Below are positions 19,092 to 27,948 of a stretch of DNA of 64,000 bases, piece after piece. How positions within the stretch are numbered: the stretch's first letter is position 1; the number at the start of each line of letters is the position of its first letter. Source of the stretch: an uncultured Phycisphaerales bacterium. Its GTDB lineage: Bacteria > Planctomycetota > Phycisphaerae > UBA1845. The notes under the pieces are model-generated. The model saw only the letters and a program-made list of their open reading frames with translations, did not search any database and was not told the origin of the DNA. The stretch lies in the NCBI GenBank assembly GCA_965371725.1, contig CBDUZO010000001.1:13123-77122 (forward strand), written 5' to 3'. The position numbers and the translations under genes were made by a program.

Positions 19092-20363
19092 ATGCATCAG
19101 CATCACGATCCAAATGGGCATCACGACGGCGAGCCGCCCGAGGAGCCGCTGGATGCCGCGAATCAATCGCTGGCGGACGCCCTCAGGGCGAGCTTTGGAA
19201 TCCTCAAGGGGATCATGGTTGTCCTCGTCGTGCTCTACCTGGTCTCAAATATCCGCAGCATCGAGAGCCACGAGCAGGCCCTGGTACTGCGTCTCGGCCG
19301 GCTGCTTCCCGGGGTGCACAATCCGGGACTGGTCTGGGCCTTGCCGTTCCCCATCGACGAGATCGTTCCCCTACCGACTAAGAAGAGCAACACGATCAAG
19401 ATCGACAGCCACACATTCCACCGCCGCGAGAAGGAGGTTGGCAAACCGCTCTCCTACGTCACGCGGGGTGTGAATTCGGGCCTCAACCCATCGCTCGACG
19501 GCGCCCTGCTGACCGCGGACACGGGGTTGGTCCACGCGCGATGGAAGGTCACATACAAGATTGACGACGTTGCGAGTTACGTGAGTCACTTCGCCGGCAA
19601 GGAGATCAAAGCCGCCGAGGTGCTCATCCGCTCGTTGATCGAGACGGTCGGTATTCAAGTCGCCACCGAGTTCCATGCCGATGAGGTGATTCGCACGCGC
19701 GTCGACGATGTGCAGAGGGAGATGGTCGAACGCATCAGACAACGCCTTGCCCAGCTCAACAGCGGCATCGCCATCGAAGACATCGAGATGTTTGAACCCA
19801 CACCGCCGATTCAGATTCGGCATGCATTCGACCAGACCCAGCAGGCGGAGAACTACTACCTGAAGACCGTCCGCGATGCGAAGCAGGAGAAGACAAAGAT
19901 CCTCACCGAAACGGCCGGTGCGGGGTATGAAGCCATCATCAGGCGGTTGGATGATTTGGAGCGACGGGATACACCGGATCATCGTGCGAAACTGGATGCG
20001 GAACTCGCAAAGGCCGAAGGCCGCGCCGGCGAGATCATCAAAGATGCCAGCGCCTATATGTCCGTGGTCATCGGTCAGATAGAGGCCGATGTGCAGGAGT
20101 ATCGCACGCTCGTTCCGGAATACGAACGCAACGCCGCTTTGCTGATCGAACGGCTCTGGGAGCAGGCTCGCCAGCAGATATACGCGAACCCCGGGGTCAG
20201 GAAAATCTATCGGCCGCCCGGGCTCCGAGAGTTCCGCGTCATGATCGGGCTGGACGAGGACCAGGAGCGCCTGGAAGAGGAGCAACGGTTGCAGGAGCAG
20301 GAGTTCGACATCGAGAAGCTGCGTCCCCCGCAGTATCGCATCGTGGGGCCTGATTTCGATTAG
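19092..20363 (+). CDS. SPFH/Band-7 protein, HflK-like
   Basis: 423-aa ORF with an N-terminal TM (IMVVLVVLYLVSNI). Other matches: HEQALVLRLGRLL..PGLVWALPFPIDE, GIAIEDIEMFEPTPP, AFDQTQQAEN. VPEYERNAALLIERLWEQ resembles the HflK LPEYKAAPEITRERLYIE. Confidence 0.8.
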   Translation: MHQHHDPNGHHDGEPPEEPLDAANQSLADALRASFGILKGIMVVLVVLYLVSNIRSIESHEQALVLRLGRLLPGVHNPGLVWALPFPIDEIVPLPTKKSNTIKIDSHTFHRREKEVGKPLSYVTRGVNSGLNPSLDGALLTADTGLVHARWKVTYKIDDVASYVSHFAGKEIKAAEVLIRSLIETVGIQVATEFHADEVIRTRVDDVQREMVERIRQRLAQLNSGIAIEDIEMFEPTPPIQIRHAFDQTQQAENYYLKTVRDAKQEKTKILTETAGAGYEAIIRRLDDLERRDTPDHRAKLDAELAKAEGRAGEIIKDASAYMSVVIGQIEADVQEYRTLVPEYERNAALLIERLWEQARQQIYANPGVRKIYRPPGLREFRVMIGLDEDQERLEEEQRLQEQEFDIEKLRPPQYRIVGPDFD

Positions 20364-20424
20364 GCGGACGCGGGTTCATATGAGGATCCCCGCTCTGAAG
20401 GCTTGCGCAAGATGGTAAGGACAT

Positions 20425-21666
20425 TTGATGGCTGAGCGACAGATGCCCGTGGTGCAGACCGCGGGCTTGTGCAAGACCTTTAAGGACTTCTGGCAACGGC
20501 CGCGCGTCGAGGCGGTCAAGGACCTCGACCTTGACATCAAACCCGGCGAGGTGTTCGGGCTTCTCGGTCCGAACGGTTCGGGGAAGACCACGACCATCAA
20601 GTTGCTGCTCGGGCTGCTTTACGCCACGAAGGGGCGAATCTCCGTCTTCGGCAAGGCGCCGACGGACGTTTCGGTCAAGGCACGGATCGGCTTCCTCCCG
20701 GAAGAGTCCTACCTGTATCGCTTTCTCGTTGCGCGCGAGACGCTTGACTACTATGGCCGCTTGTTCCGTCTGCCCAAGCGTGTGCGAGAAGACCGGACCG
20801 AGCGACTGCTCGATCTGATCGGTCTGAAGCACGAGGCCAAGCGTCCCATCGGCGAGTACAGCAAGGGCATGGCCCGGCGCATCGGACTTGCGCAGGCCTT
20901 GATCAACGATCCCGAGTTTCTCATCCTCGACGAGCCTACATCCGGTCTTGATCCGATCGGCGCCCGCCAGATGAAGGACATCATTCGAGACCTGGGCAGA
21001 CGAGGCAAGACCATTCTCTTATCGAGCCACGTACTGTCGGACGTGGAGGACGTGTGCGACCGGGTGACGATCCTCTACGGTGGGCAACAGCGGGCAGCCG
21101 GTGACATCAACGAGCTTCTAAAGCGGCGCGACGTAACGGAAATCACCACGCCGCCGTTGAGTGAAGAAACGCTGTCACAGATCCGAGATCTGATCCAACG
21201 ACTGGAGAAGAAGGACATCCTCAACATCTCCAACCCGCGCGTGAAGCTCGAGGACTTCTTCCTTCGCATTGTGGAGGAGGCCCAGGCCCAAAGGATCAGT
21301 ACGTCGGGAGCACGGGCGGGCAGTAGCGTGCCGGACTTCCTCAAGGCACCGGCGCAGACCACGACCGAGGAGTTGGTCGAGTCGCTGGTGGCGGCCGCGT
21401 CGAGCCCCGTCAAGCCGCTCCCCGTAAAGACACCCCTACCAACCCGTGTCAAACCCGTAGCGGAACCGGCCCAAGACGTGCTCAAGCAGTTGATGGACGT
21501 CGACCGGACGCAGGATGAGACCGAACCGCCCGAGCCCGAGCCCACGCCGCCGGTGGAGCCTGGGCATCCGCGTAAGAAGACCGCCGCGGATGCAGGCGTC
21601 ATCGACTCGCTGCTCCGCCGCGCGGAGGAAGACAAGCCCTCCCAGAACGGGGAGAAACAAGAGTGA
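20425..21666 (+). CDS. ABC transporter ATP-binding protein with a long Pro/Glu-rich C-terminal extension
   Basis: Walker A GLLGPNGSGKTTT, signature YSKGMARRIGLAQAL, Walker B FLILDEPTSGLD, H-loop LSSHVL. About 160 extra C-terminal residues (..TEPPEPEPTPPVEPGHPRKK..). TTG at 20425, ATG at 20428. Confidence 0.9.
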   Translation: MMAERQMPVVQTAGLCKTFKDFWQRPRVEAVKDLDLDIKPGEVFGLLGPNGSGKTTTIKLLLGLLYATKGRISVFGKAPTDVSVKARIGFLPEESYLYRFLVARETLDYYGRLFRLPKRVREDRTERLLDLIGLKHEAKRPIGEYSKGMARRIGLAQALINDPEFLILDEPTSGLDPIGARQMKDIIRDLGRRGKTILLSSHVLSDVEDVCDRVTILYGGQQRAAGDINELLKRRDVTEITTPPLSEETLSQIRDLIQRLEKKDILNISNPRVKLEDFFLRIVEEAQAQRISTSGARAGSSVPDFLKAPAQTTTEELVESLVAAASSPVKPLPVKTPLPTRVKPVAEPAQDVLKQLMDVDRTQDETEPPEPEPTPPVEPGHPRKKTAADAGVIDSLLRRAEEDKPSQNGEKQE

Positions 21667-23063
21667 GCACGATCTGGGCCGTCGCGCGACAGATGATCGC
21701 CGAGGGCATCCGCATGAAGATCGCCCTGGTCTTCCTGGTGCTCCTCGGTCTGGTCGTGCTCGGACTGCCCTTCTCGATCAGGGGTGACAGCTCACTGACC
21801 GGCGCGGTTCAGAGTTTCATGTCGTACGGTCTCAACGCAACGGGCGTACTGCTTGGGATGCTCACGATCTTCATGTCCCGCTCGCTCTCCGATGAACTGG
21901 TCAACCGTCAGATCTTCCTTATCACGACCAAACCCGTTCCGCGCTGGCAGTTCATTCTGGGCAAGTGGTTGGGGATGGTCCTGCTCAGTGCCGTTTTCCT
22001 GGCATTCTCCGGAGTAGCAATCTTCGGGATGGTGCAGTACATCAAGCACACGCACCCACCGCTTGACGACCGCTATGACAAGGCCGAGCTGAACAACGAG
22101 ATACTGGTCGCGCGGCATGCGCTGAAGATGCAGCTTCCCGACTTCACGCGCAACGCGGAGCGCGAGTTCCAAAAGAACCTCGAACAGGGAATGTACGCGA
22201 ACGTGCCCGATTTCCATCCGAGCAAGGAGCGTGCCCGCCTCGCCAGGAAATACGAGGCAAGATGGCGCGTCGTCGGACCGCTCGAGATGCGCACGTTCGA
22301 GTTCGAGAACGTGCTGTGCGATCGATCCGCCGAGAACCGTGTGCAGCTCCGATACAAGACAAACGTCAGCGCCTATCCGCCGGATGAGATCTTCCGGGCC
22401 GTCTGGGAGTTTGGGGACTCGCTGAAGGACACGCCCGTCTACCGGTTTCGGGCACGTCATGTGGTCGATCGGTTTCACACTGTCCAGGTGCCCGCCGACG
22501 CCATCGCGCCCGACCACACCCTTGTCGCCACCTTCTACAACCAGAACCCGTTCGAGGGTGAACCTCAGTATCGCAACGTGATTGAGTTTCGCACGTCGGA
22601 CGAGGTCGAGATTTTGTTCGTCGTCGGATCCTTCGAGTGGAACCTGATGCGTCTGTTGATCCTGATGATGTGCAAGTTGATGTTTCTGGCGGCGGTCGCG
22701 CTGTTGATGACGACGCTCTTCTCGTTTCCCGTGGCGTGCCTCGTATCCTTCACGGTCTACATCCTGGCCGGTGCCAGGGCGTTCATCGCCGAATCGCTCG
22801 AGCTGGCGACGAACCCCTTTGACGAGGCCTGGCTCGTGGACGTCCTCATACAGGTGATCGGATTCGTTTTCGGCGTATTGAAGTGGATCATACCCGACTT
22901 CACTTACTACGACGCAGTCGAGGGATTCGTGAACGGCCGCAACGTCAGCCTTGTGTGGGTGCTCCAAGCCATCGGTGAGCTCGCCATGCTGAAGACCCTG
23001 ATCATCCTGGGCCTGGCGATGCTGCTGTTTCATCGGCGCGAGGTGGCGGAGGTCTCGGTATGA
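21663..23063 (+). CDS. ABC-2-type (NosY-like) permease with a large extracytoplasmic loop
   Basis: 466-aa ORF overlapping the ATPase stop by 4 nt. Motif ELVNRQIFLITTKPVPRWQFILGKW. A roughly 200-aa hydrophilic insert sits between TM clusters (residues ~130-330). Confidence 0.75.
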   Translation: MSTIWAVARQMIAEGIRMKIALVFLVLLGLVVLGLPFSIRGDSSLTGAVQSFMSYGLNATGVLLGMLTIFMSRSLSDELVNRQIFLITTKPVPRWQFILGKWLGMVLLSAVFLAFSGVAIFGMVQYIKHTHPPLDDRYDKAELNNEILVARHALKMQLPDFTRNAEREFQKNLEQGMYANVPDFHPSKERARLARKYEARWRVVGPLEMRTFEFENVLCDRSAENRVQLRYKTNVSAYPPDEIFRAVWEFGDSLKDTPVYRFRARHVVDRFHTVQVPADAIAPDHTLVATFYNQNPFEGEPQYRNVIEFRTSDEVEILFVVGSFEWNLMRLLILMMCKLMFLAAVALLMTTLFSFPVACLVSFTVYILAGARAFIAESLELATNPFDEAWLVDVLIQVIGFVFGVLKWIIPDFTYYDAVEGFVNGRNVSLVWVLQAIGELAMLKTLIILGLAMLLFHRREVAEVSV

Positions 23064-23101
23064 TCACGGCGTTACCGATACGAAAGGTGGTGTGAGACGA
23101 C

Positions 23102-25087
23102 ATGACCAGACCCGTCGCACAACGCCTGCCCGAGTACCTGGCTGCGAGGCTTTCCGCCAAGCGCCGCGAGTGGGGCGTACAGTTGATCGCCGCCATCGTG
23201 GCGGTCGCCTGCCTCGCCGGCGCGGCGGTGCTCATGCGTCCGACCGGCCCGATCAACGAAATCCGGAGGGAGCACCAGCTCGTCCCCGACCCGGAGACTC
23301 TCGGCTCGCTCCCGCCCGACATCGCGCTGTTGGGCAAGCTCGGGACCTTCCGGGCGCTGGCCATCGACTGGGCATCCATTCGGGCCGATCGATTGCAGGA
23401 GCAAGGCAAGACCTACGAGGCTTATCAACTTCACATGACCGTCTGCAACCTCGCGCCGCGGTTCCCGACCGTTTGGGTCAACGCGGCCTGGAACATGGCC
23501 TACAACATCTCCGTCGCACAGTATACGCCCGAGGCACGATGGCAATGGGTTCAGAACGGGATCAAGCTCCTGCGCGGCCGCGGCATCAAGTACAACCCCA
23601 AGTCGGTCGCCCTCTACAAGGAGCTTGCCTGGATCCTCTGGCACAAGATCGGCGGTTACCTCGACGACGAGCACCTGAACTACAAAAAGGCCTTTGCCGT
23701 CGAGATGGAACTTGTCCTGGGCGCGCCGCCCGTGGTAATCGAAGATCGTGAGTATTTCGACTGGTTCCGCAAGATCGTCGACGCGCCGCGCAACCTCAAA
23801 GTGCTGATCGCGGATGATCAGGACATCGCGCGGCTTGTGGCGCGTTTGGACGACGTGAAGCTCAAGCCCGATGACTCACTCCTGGAGTTCGTCGCCCGGA
23901 ACCTGCGACCGGAGCTTCGGATTGAGGACTTGCTCAAAAGCGCGCCCAGCGAGGGCGCACTCCGGGCACGCCGGCTCCAGATCGTGACTGACCCGGAAGA
24001 GGAAAACTCGCTGCATCGGTTGCTGGCTGCCGTTCGGTCACACGTCCTTCGCGAGCGGTATCGTTTCAATCTCGACTACATGATGGGTATGATGGAGAAC
24101 GAGTACGGCCCGCTCGATTGGCGCAATGCATTTGCCCATGCGCTGTACTGGTCAAGCTGGGGTGACAAGCAGTGCCGCACGCACGAGGCCTCCGGCATAT
24201 CGGACAAGATGAACACCGCGCGCTTCGTCTTCTTCTCGCTTCAAAGCCTGATCGGCCGGGGGAAGATCATTCTATGGCCGAACTTCGACGATCCCTTCTC
24301 CTCTTACATCGAAATGACGCCCGACACGCGCTTCATCCCATACTTGTACGACACCTACCTGCGGCTGGGCAAGGAACTCTTCAGCGATCACCCAAAGTTC
24401 AAGGAAGGCACGCCGGGGCCCATCTACATGAACGGGTTCGTCACGAACATGCACAACTGGATCGAGCTGCTCTACCTCAAAGGCGGCCGGAAAAACATCG
24501 AGCAGGCGGAGAACTACTACGCATGGCTGCGCGAGAACAATCCACACCCGGACGGATCGACACAGGAGCAATACCTCCTATCCCTCAATGAGTTCGTCGT
24601 CGGTCATACACGCGATCAGCTCCTCACGTACAAAGCCGTCAGCGCGATCATCCGAAGCTTCATCGAGCGAGCGTTGAAGCAGTACAGCCTCGGAGATTCA
24701 GAAGCCGCCCTTGCGTCGCTGAGACGCGCCCGACTCGCCTACGAATACTGGATGAAAGACACGCGAGTCGATCCAAACGAGCGTCGATGGCTGCAACCAC
24801 CCGAGGTCATTCTTCGCGATCAGATCGAGGCGTATCTCAAGAGGCAGGACATCGCGACGCTGTTCAAGGCAAAACTCTGGCGAGCGCTACCGCTCAAACA
24901 GAGGCAGCAAACATACGACCGCCTGCGCTCGTACTTCGAGCGTCTGTGTGAATCGCGCGAACCGCCCTGGTCAACAACCCGCGCCTTTCCAGAACCACCC
25001 GGTATGGAGGAGTTCCGCACACAGGATACCAAACACCGAGGTGAACGCCGGGAGGACATCGAACAGGGCGAGCGCTACAAGCGCTAG
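23102..25087 (+). CDS. Hypothetical N-terminally membrane-anchored 661-aa protein; last gene of the SPFH/ABC operon
   Basis: Single TM (VQLIAAIVAVACLAGAAVLM), then a Trp/Tyr-rich, probably alpha-helical-repeat region (WVNAAWNMAYNISVAQY, ALYKELAWILWHKIGGY, HALYWSSWG). I recognise no motif. Confidence 0.6.
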   Translation: MTRPVAQRLPEYLAARLSAKRREWGVQLIAAIVAVACLAGAAVLMRPTGPINEIRREHQLVPDPETLGSLPPDIALLGKLGTFRALAIDWASIRADRLQEQGKTYEAYQLHMTVCNLAPRFPTVWVNAAWNMAYNISVAQYTPEARWQWVQNGIKLLRGRGIKYNPKSVALYKELAWILWHKIGGYLDDEHLNYKKAFAVEMELVLGAPPVVIEDREYFDWFRKIVDAPRNLKVLIADDQDIARLVARLDDVKLKPDDSLLEFVARNLRPELRIEDLLKSAPSEGALRARRLQIVTDPEEENSLHRLLAAVRSHVLRERYRFNLDYMMGMMENEYGPLDWRNAFAHALYWSSWGDKQCRTHEASGISDKMNTARFVFFSLQSLIGRGKIILWPNFDDPFSSYIEMTPDTRFIPYLYDTYLRLGKELFSDHPKFKEGTPGPIYMNGFVTNMHNWIELLYLKGGRKNIEQAENYYAWLRENNPHPDGSTQEQYLLSLNEFVVGHTRDQLLTYKAVSAIIRSFIERALKQYSLGDSEAALASLRRARLAYEYWMKDTRVDPNERRWLQPPEVILRDQIEAYLKRQDIATLFKAKLWRALPLKQRQQTYDRLRSYFERLCESREPPWSTTRAFPEPPGMEEFRTQDTKHRGERREDIEQGERYKR

Positions 25088-25096
25088 TGCCATCGC

Positions 25097-25642
25097 TCAA
25101 CGTCGCCGCAGCGCGGTCCGCATCAGAGTTGACAATCGCGAGCAGATAAACTCACGAAAGACGTTGGCATCCAGGTTCCGAAGCCGCAACATGGGCCCGC
25201 TTGTGAGCTCGCCGCGGATATTGGGTGCGTAACGCGTCTCGTGAAAGGCGATCCCCTCGGTTGTGGCTGTGCCATGAAGCTCCGACCTGTACTCGCCGAC
25301 GACGAACTCAAACTTGAGTTCCCGCCCTCCCTGCAACAGGTTGGAGGCGTCCATCTCCAGGTTCACCCCAGCCGCCGCGTACTTCTCCACAAGCTCCACG
25401 AAAACGGGAATGAACTCCTTGACGACCATCTCGCGGAGCCGGTCGATCGGATCGGGGGCCGGGGCGGGGGCTTTCTCGGGGTCGGCATCTTTGCGTCGGT
25501 CCATCAGCCTGATGAGCTTGTCAAGCTCACTCTCCGAGGTCGCCGGCTCAGCCGGCGGAGGCTGCGTCTTACGCACGAGCTTCCCGTAATGGGTTGGTCT
25601 TCGCGAATCGCTCAAGGTCGCGCCCCCCAAGGTACGGTCCAC
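25097..25642 (-). CDS. Hypothetical protein (181 aa)
   Basis: ORF convergent with the previous gene. It has a Pro-rich N-terminal third followed by a compact domain. No recognisable motif. Confidence 0.45.
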   Translation of the reverse strand: MDRTLGGATLSDSRRPTHYGKLVRKTQPPPAEPATSESELDKLIRLMDRRKDADPEKAPAPAPDPIDRLREMVVKEFIPVFVELVEKYAAAGVNLEMDASNLLQGGRELKFEFVVGEYRSELHGTATTEGIAFHETRYAPNIRGELTSGPMLRLRNLDANVFREFICSRLSTLMRTALRRR

Positions 25643-25814
25643 GCGTTGGCCGTATCTGCAACGCCGCCCCAGTCAAAAGTCCAGTCTACTATTGTGAATG
25701 TCGGTGCGCACGCCATCGCGCTTGAACCGGCAAGCCGCGTAACCACGACTTTCCCGCCCTTGCACCGCAACACGCCCCGTCCGATAGCCCTCCGGCGCTG
25801 AGGCAATCACCTGA

Positions 25815-25843
25815 TTGACAGGCGTGCCGTTCAACGGTATCCT
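25815..25843 (+). promoter_or_regulatory. Possible sigma-70-type promoter for the FHA-GAF kinase gene
   Basis: TTGACA (25815-25820), 17-nt spacer, TATCCT (25838-25843), about 100 nt upstream of ATG 25944. Confidence 0.3.
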
Positions 25844-25943
25844 TGGCAAGGACGAGTTGACTGGCTCAATCGCGGTACATCTCGGTCGATAACGTACTAA
25901 CACCGAACGGCGGATCCGGCGTAGCACTTGCCTGTCCGCACGA

Positions 25944-27635
25944 ATGGCTGTTCTTTCGGGGGCGACTGGTTTGCCCACGCTGCACGTTCTACAGGGTCCG
26001 GATAAGGGACGCACTTACGAGGCGCTCAACGAGCCCACGCTGATCGGGCGCTCGTCCGACCAGATCCAGCTCTCCGACGACAGTACGTCACGTCTTCACG
26101 CTGAGATTCGGCCGGGCAACGGGGCATGGGTCCTCGTCGACCTCAAGAGTGCAAACGGGACCTTCCTCAACGGGTTGCGCATCACCAACCCCACCCCGCT
26201 CAAGCACGGAGATCAAATCAAGGTAGGAAGCACACTCCTGGTCTTCAGCGGCCAGGACGAGCTCGTGGGATTCGCCAGGGCCCAACAGGCGGAGGACCTT
26301 GTCGACCTGGACCCGGACGGCGTAGCCGCGGGTTCATCCATTTTGTCCGCCGTGGATGGATCGGAAGACAGCGTCATCCTTCAGGCACCGGAAACTGCCG
26401 ATGCCGTTGCGGCCTGGAACGTCGTCTACAAGGTCGCCGAGATGGTCGGAACGGTGGATTCGGCCGACATCCTGCTCGAACGCGTGGTTGACATCATGTT
26501 CGCCCATCTGATCGTCGACCATCTTGTCCTGCTCCTGTACGACCCCGAGCGCAAGCACCTAAAACCCCGCGCCGTGCGCTACCGCGCCCGCCCGCGCGTC
26601 GCCCCGCCCAAAATCGTCGCATCACAGACCATCATGCAGCATGTCGTCGAGAAGAAGGAAGGCGTACTCTGCGCCAACGCGATGACCGACGACCGCTTCA
26701 GCGGGGACAACTTGCAGGACAGCATTCACCGTCTTGGCCTGCGAAGCGTCATATGTGTTCCCATCCTCGCTCACCATGAAGTACACGGCGTCTTCCATTT
26801 GGACTGTTCGATGTCCTATCACACGTATACACATGAGCAGTTGCGCCTCGCCGTCGCCATCGGCCGGCTCGCCGGTATGGCGCTGGAGAACACGCGCCTG
26901 CTCGAAACGCGCATGCGCACGGCCCGCCTGGCCGCCGCCGGTGAGACCGTCGCCAACCTCTCGCATCACATACGCAACCTCCTTCAAGGCATGCAGGGCG
27001 GAGCCGACGTTCTCGAACTCGGGTTGCGAAGGGAGAATCTCGAAACGGCCGAGTCAGGCTGGGCACTGGTGAGGAGCAACCTCGACCGTGTCTACCACCT
27101 CACCCTCAACATGCTTACCTTCAGCAAGGAGCGGCAACCTCGGATCGAGCCCGCCGCCTTGAACCCCATCATCGAGGATGTCATAACCCTGGCACAGAAG
27201 CGGGCCGATGAGAAAGGGGTCATCCTGCTTCCCGAACTCGGCGAGATCCCGATCATCCCCCTCGACCCGGACGGCATCCATCAGGTCGCGCACAACATCC
27301 TGCTCAACGCGATCGAAGCCGCCCCCGCAGACGGCGGGCGCGTCAACATCCGCACCGCCGCGCCCTCCGAAGCGACCGGGGTTGTCCTTTCCATCACGGA
27401 TGACGGGGCCGGAATCCCCGAGGACCAGCGCGAGCTCATCTTCGACGCTTTCCATTCCTCGAGAGGCCACGGCGGAACCGGGCTGGGGCTCGCTGCCGCC
27501 AAGAAGATCGTCAATGAACTCCAAGGCCGTATCGAAGTGGAAAGCACGCTAGGCAAGGGCACAACCTTCCACATATACCTCCCCGCCTCCGACAGCCCAC
27601 TCACCGAACCCGACGCGACCGTCGCTCCGGCGTAA
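25944..27635 (+). CDS. Cytoplasmic sensor histidine kinase with N-terminal FHA and central GAF domains
   Basis: FHA: TLIGRSSDQIQLSDDSTSRLHAEI..VLVDLKSANGTFLNG..GDQIKVG. GAF-like middle region. H-box ETVANLSHHIRNLLQGM. HATPase N/G boxes HNILLNAIEA, ITDDGAGIP, GGTGLGLAAAKKIV. No TM segment seen. Confidence 0.85.
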   Translation: MAVLSGATGLPTLHVLQGPDKGRTYEALNEPTLIGRSSDQIQLSDDSTSRLHAEIRPGNGAWVLVDLKSANGTFLNGLRITNPTPLKHGDQIKVGSTLLVFSGQDELVGFARAQQAEDLVDLDPDGVAAGSSILSAVDGSEDSVILQAPETADAVAAWNVVYKVAEMVGTVDSADILLERVVDIMFAHLIVDHLVLLLYDPERKHLKPRAVRYRARPRVAPPKIVASQTIMQHVVEKKEGVLCANAMTDDRFSGDNLQDSIHRLGLRSVICVPILAHHEVHGVFHLDCSMSYHTYTHEQLRLAVAIGRLAGMALENTRLLETRMRTARLAAAGETVANLSHHIRNLLQGMQGGADVLELGLRRENLETAESGWALVRSNLDRVYHLTLNMLTFSKERQPRIEPAALNPIIEDVITLAQKRADEKGVILLPELGEIPIIPLDPDGIHQVAHNILLNAIEAAPADGGRVNIRTAAPSEATGVVLSITDDGAGIPEDQRELIFDAFHSSRGHGGTGLGLAAAKKIVNELQGRIEVESTLGKGTTFHIYLPASDSPLTEPDATVAPA

Positions 27636-27716
27636 CCGGACCGCCGGACAAGATGACCGACGCCCCCGGCCGGCCGGGTCCGTGACAGAATCAGTGCGTG
27701 GGGTCACAGGCTGAAA

Positions 27717-27825
27717 GCGTGCCTGAAAGTAACACGCTGAAAGACCCGGGAATTGCAGGCTGAAAGGCCTGTTCTATAGTGCCGGGTGGGTTGCAGGCTG
27801 AAGGCCTGCTCTAAAGTAGACGGGG
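27717..27825. repeat. Cluster of short hairpin repeats with CTGAA(A)G loops (REP-like family)
   Basis: Five CTGAA(A)G-containing units, including the hairpins GCAGGCTGAAAGGCCTG (27755-27771) and GCAGGCTGAAGGCCTGC (27793-27809). They are related to the elements at 49631-49792 and 63647-63695. Confidence 0.7.
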
Positions 27826-27948
27826 GCAAGCGTAGCGCCGCCCCCGGAGGACGCCGCGGCGTGTGCGACGGGACGTCCTGTTTGAGCACGCCGCGCAGGT
27901 ACGATACGATCCGGCATTGCCCAACGAAAGAATGACCGGAGCACGACC

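Noticed and set aside
16843-19166. Long minus-strand ORFs (16843..17922, 18060..19166) inside the SPFH genes; likewise 7244..8536 (+), 21792..23033 (-), 27811..28794 (-), 45475..46509 (+), 47503..48792 (+), 58055..59092 (-) and 59373..60683 (-)
   Set aside because: They lie opposite genes with strong family motifs. Their products are Arg/Asp/His/Gly-rich low-information sequences typical of stop-poor antisense frames in GC-rich DNA.
27850-27948. SOS/LexA box upstream of uvrB (e.g. GGTACGATACGATCC)
   Set aside because: It does not fit any LexA consensus I know (CTGT-N8-ACAG, GAAC-N4-GTTC, GTTC-N7-GTTC, RGTAC-N3-DGTWCB) without several mismatches.
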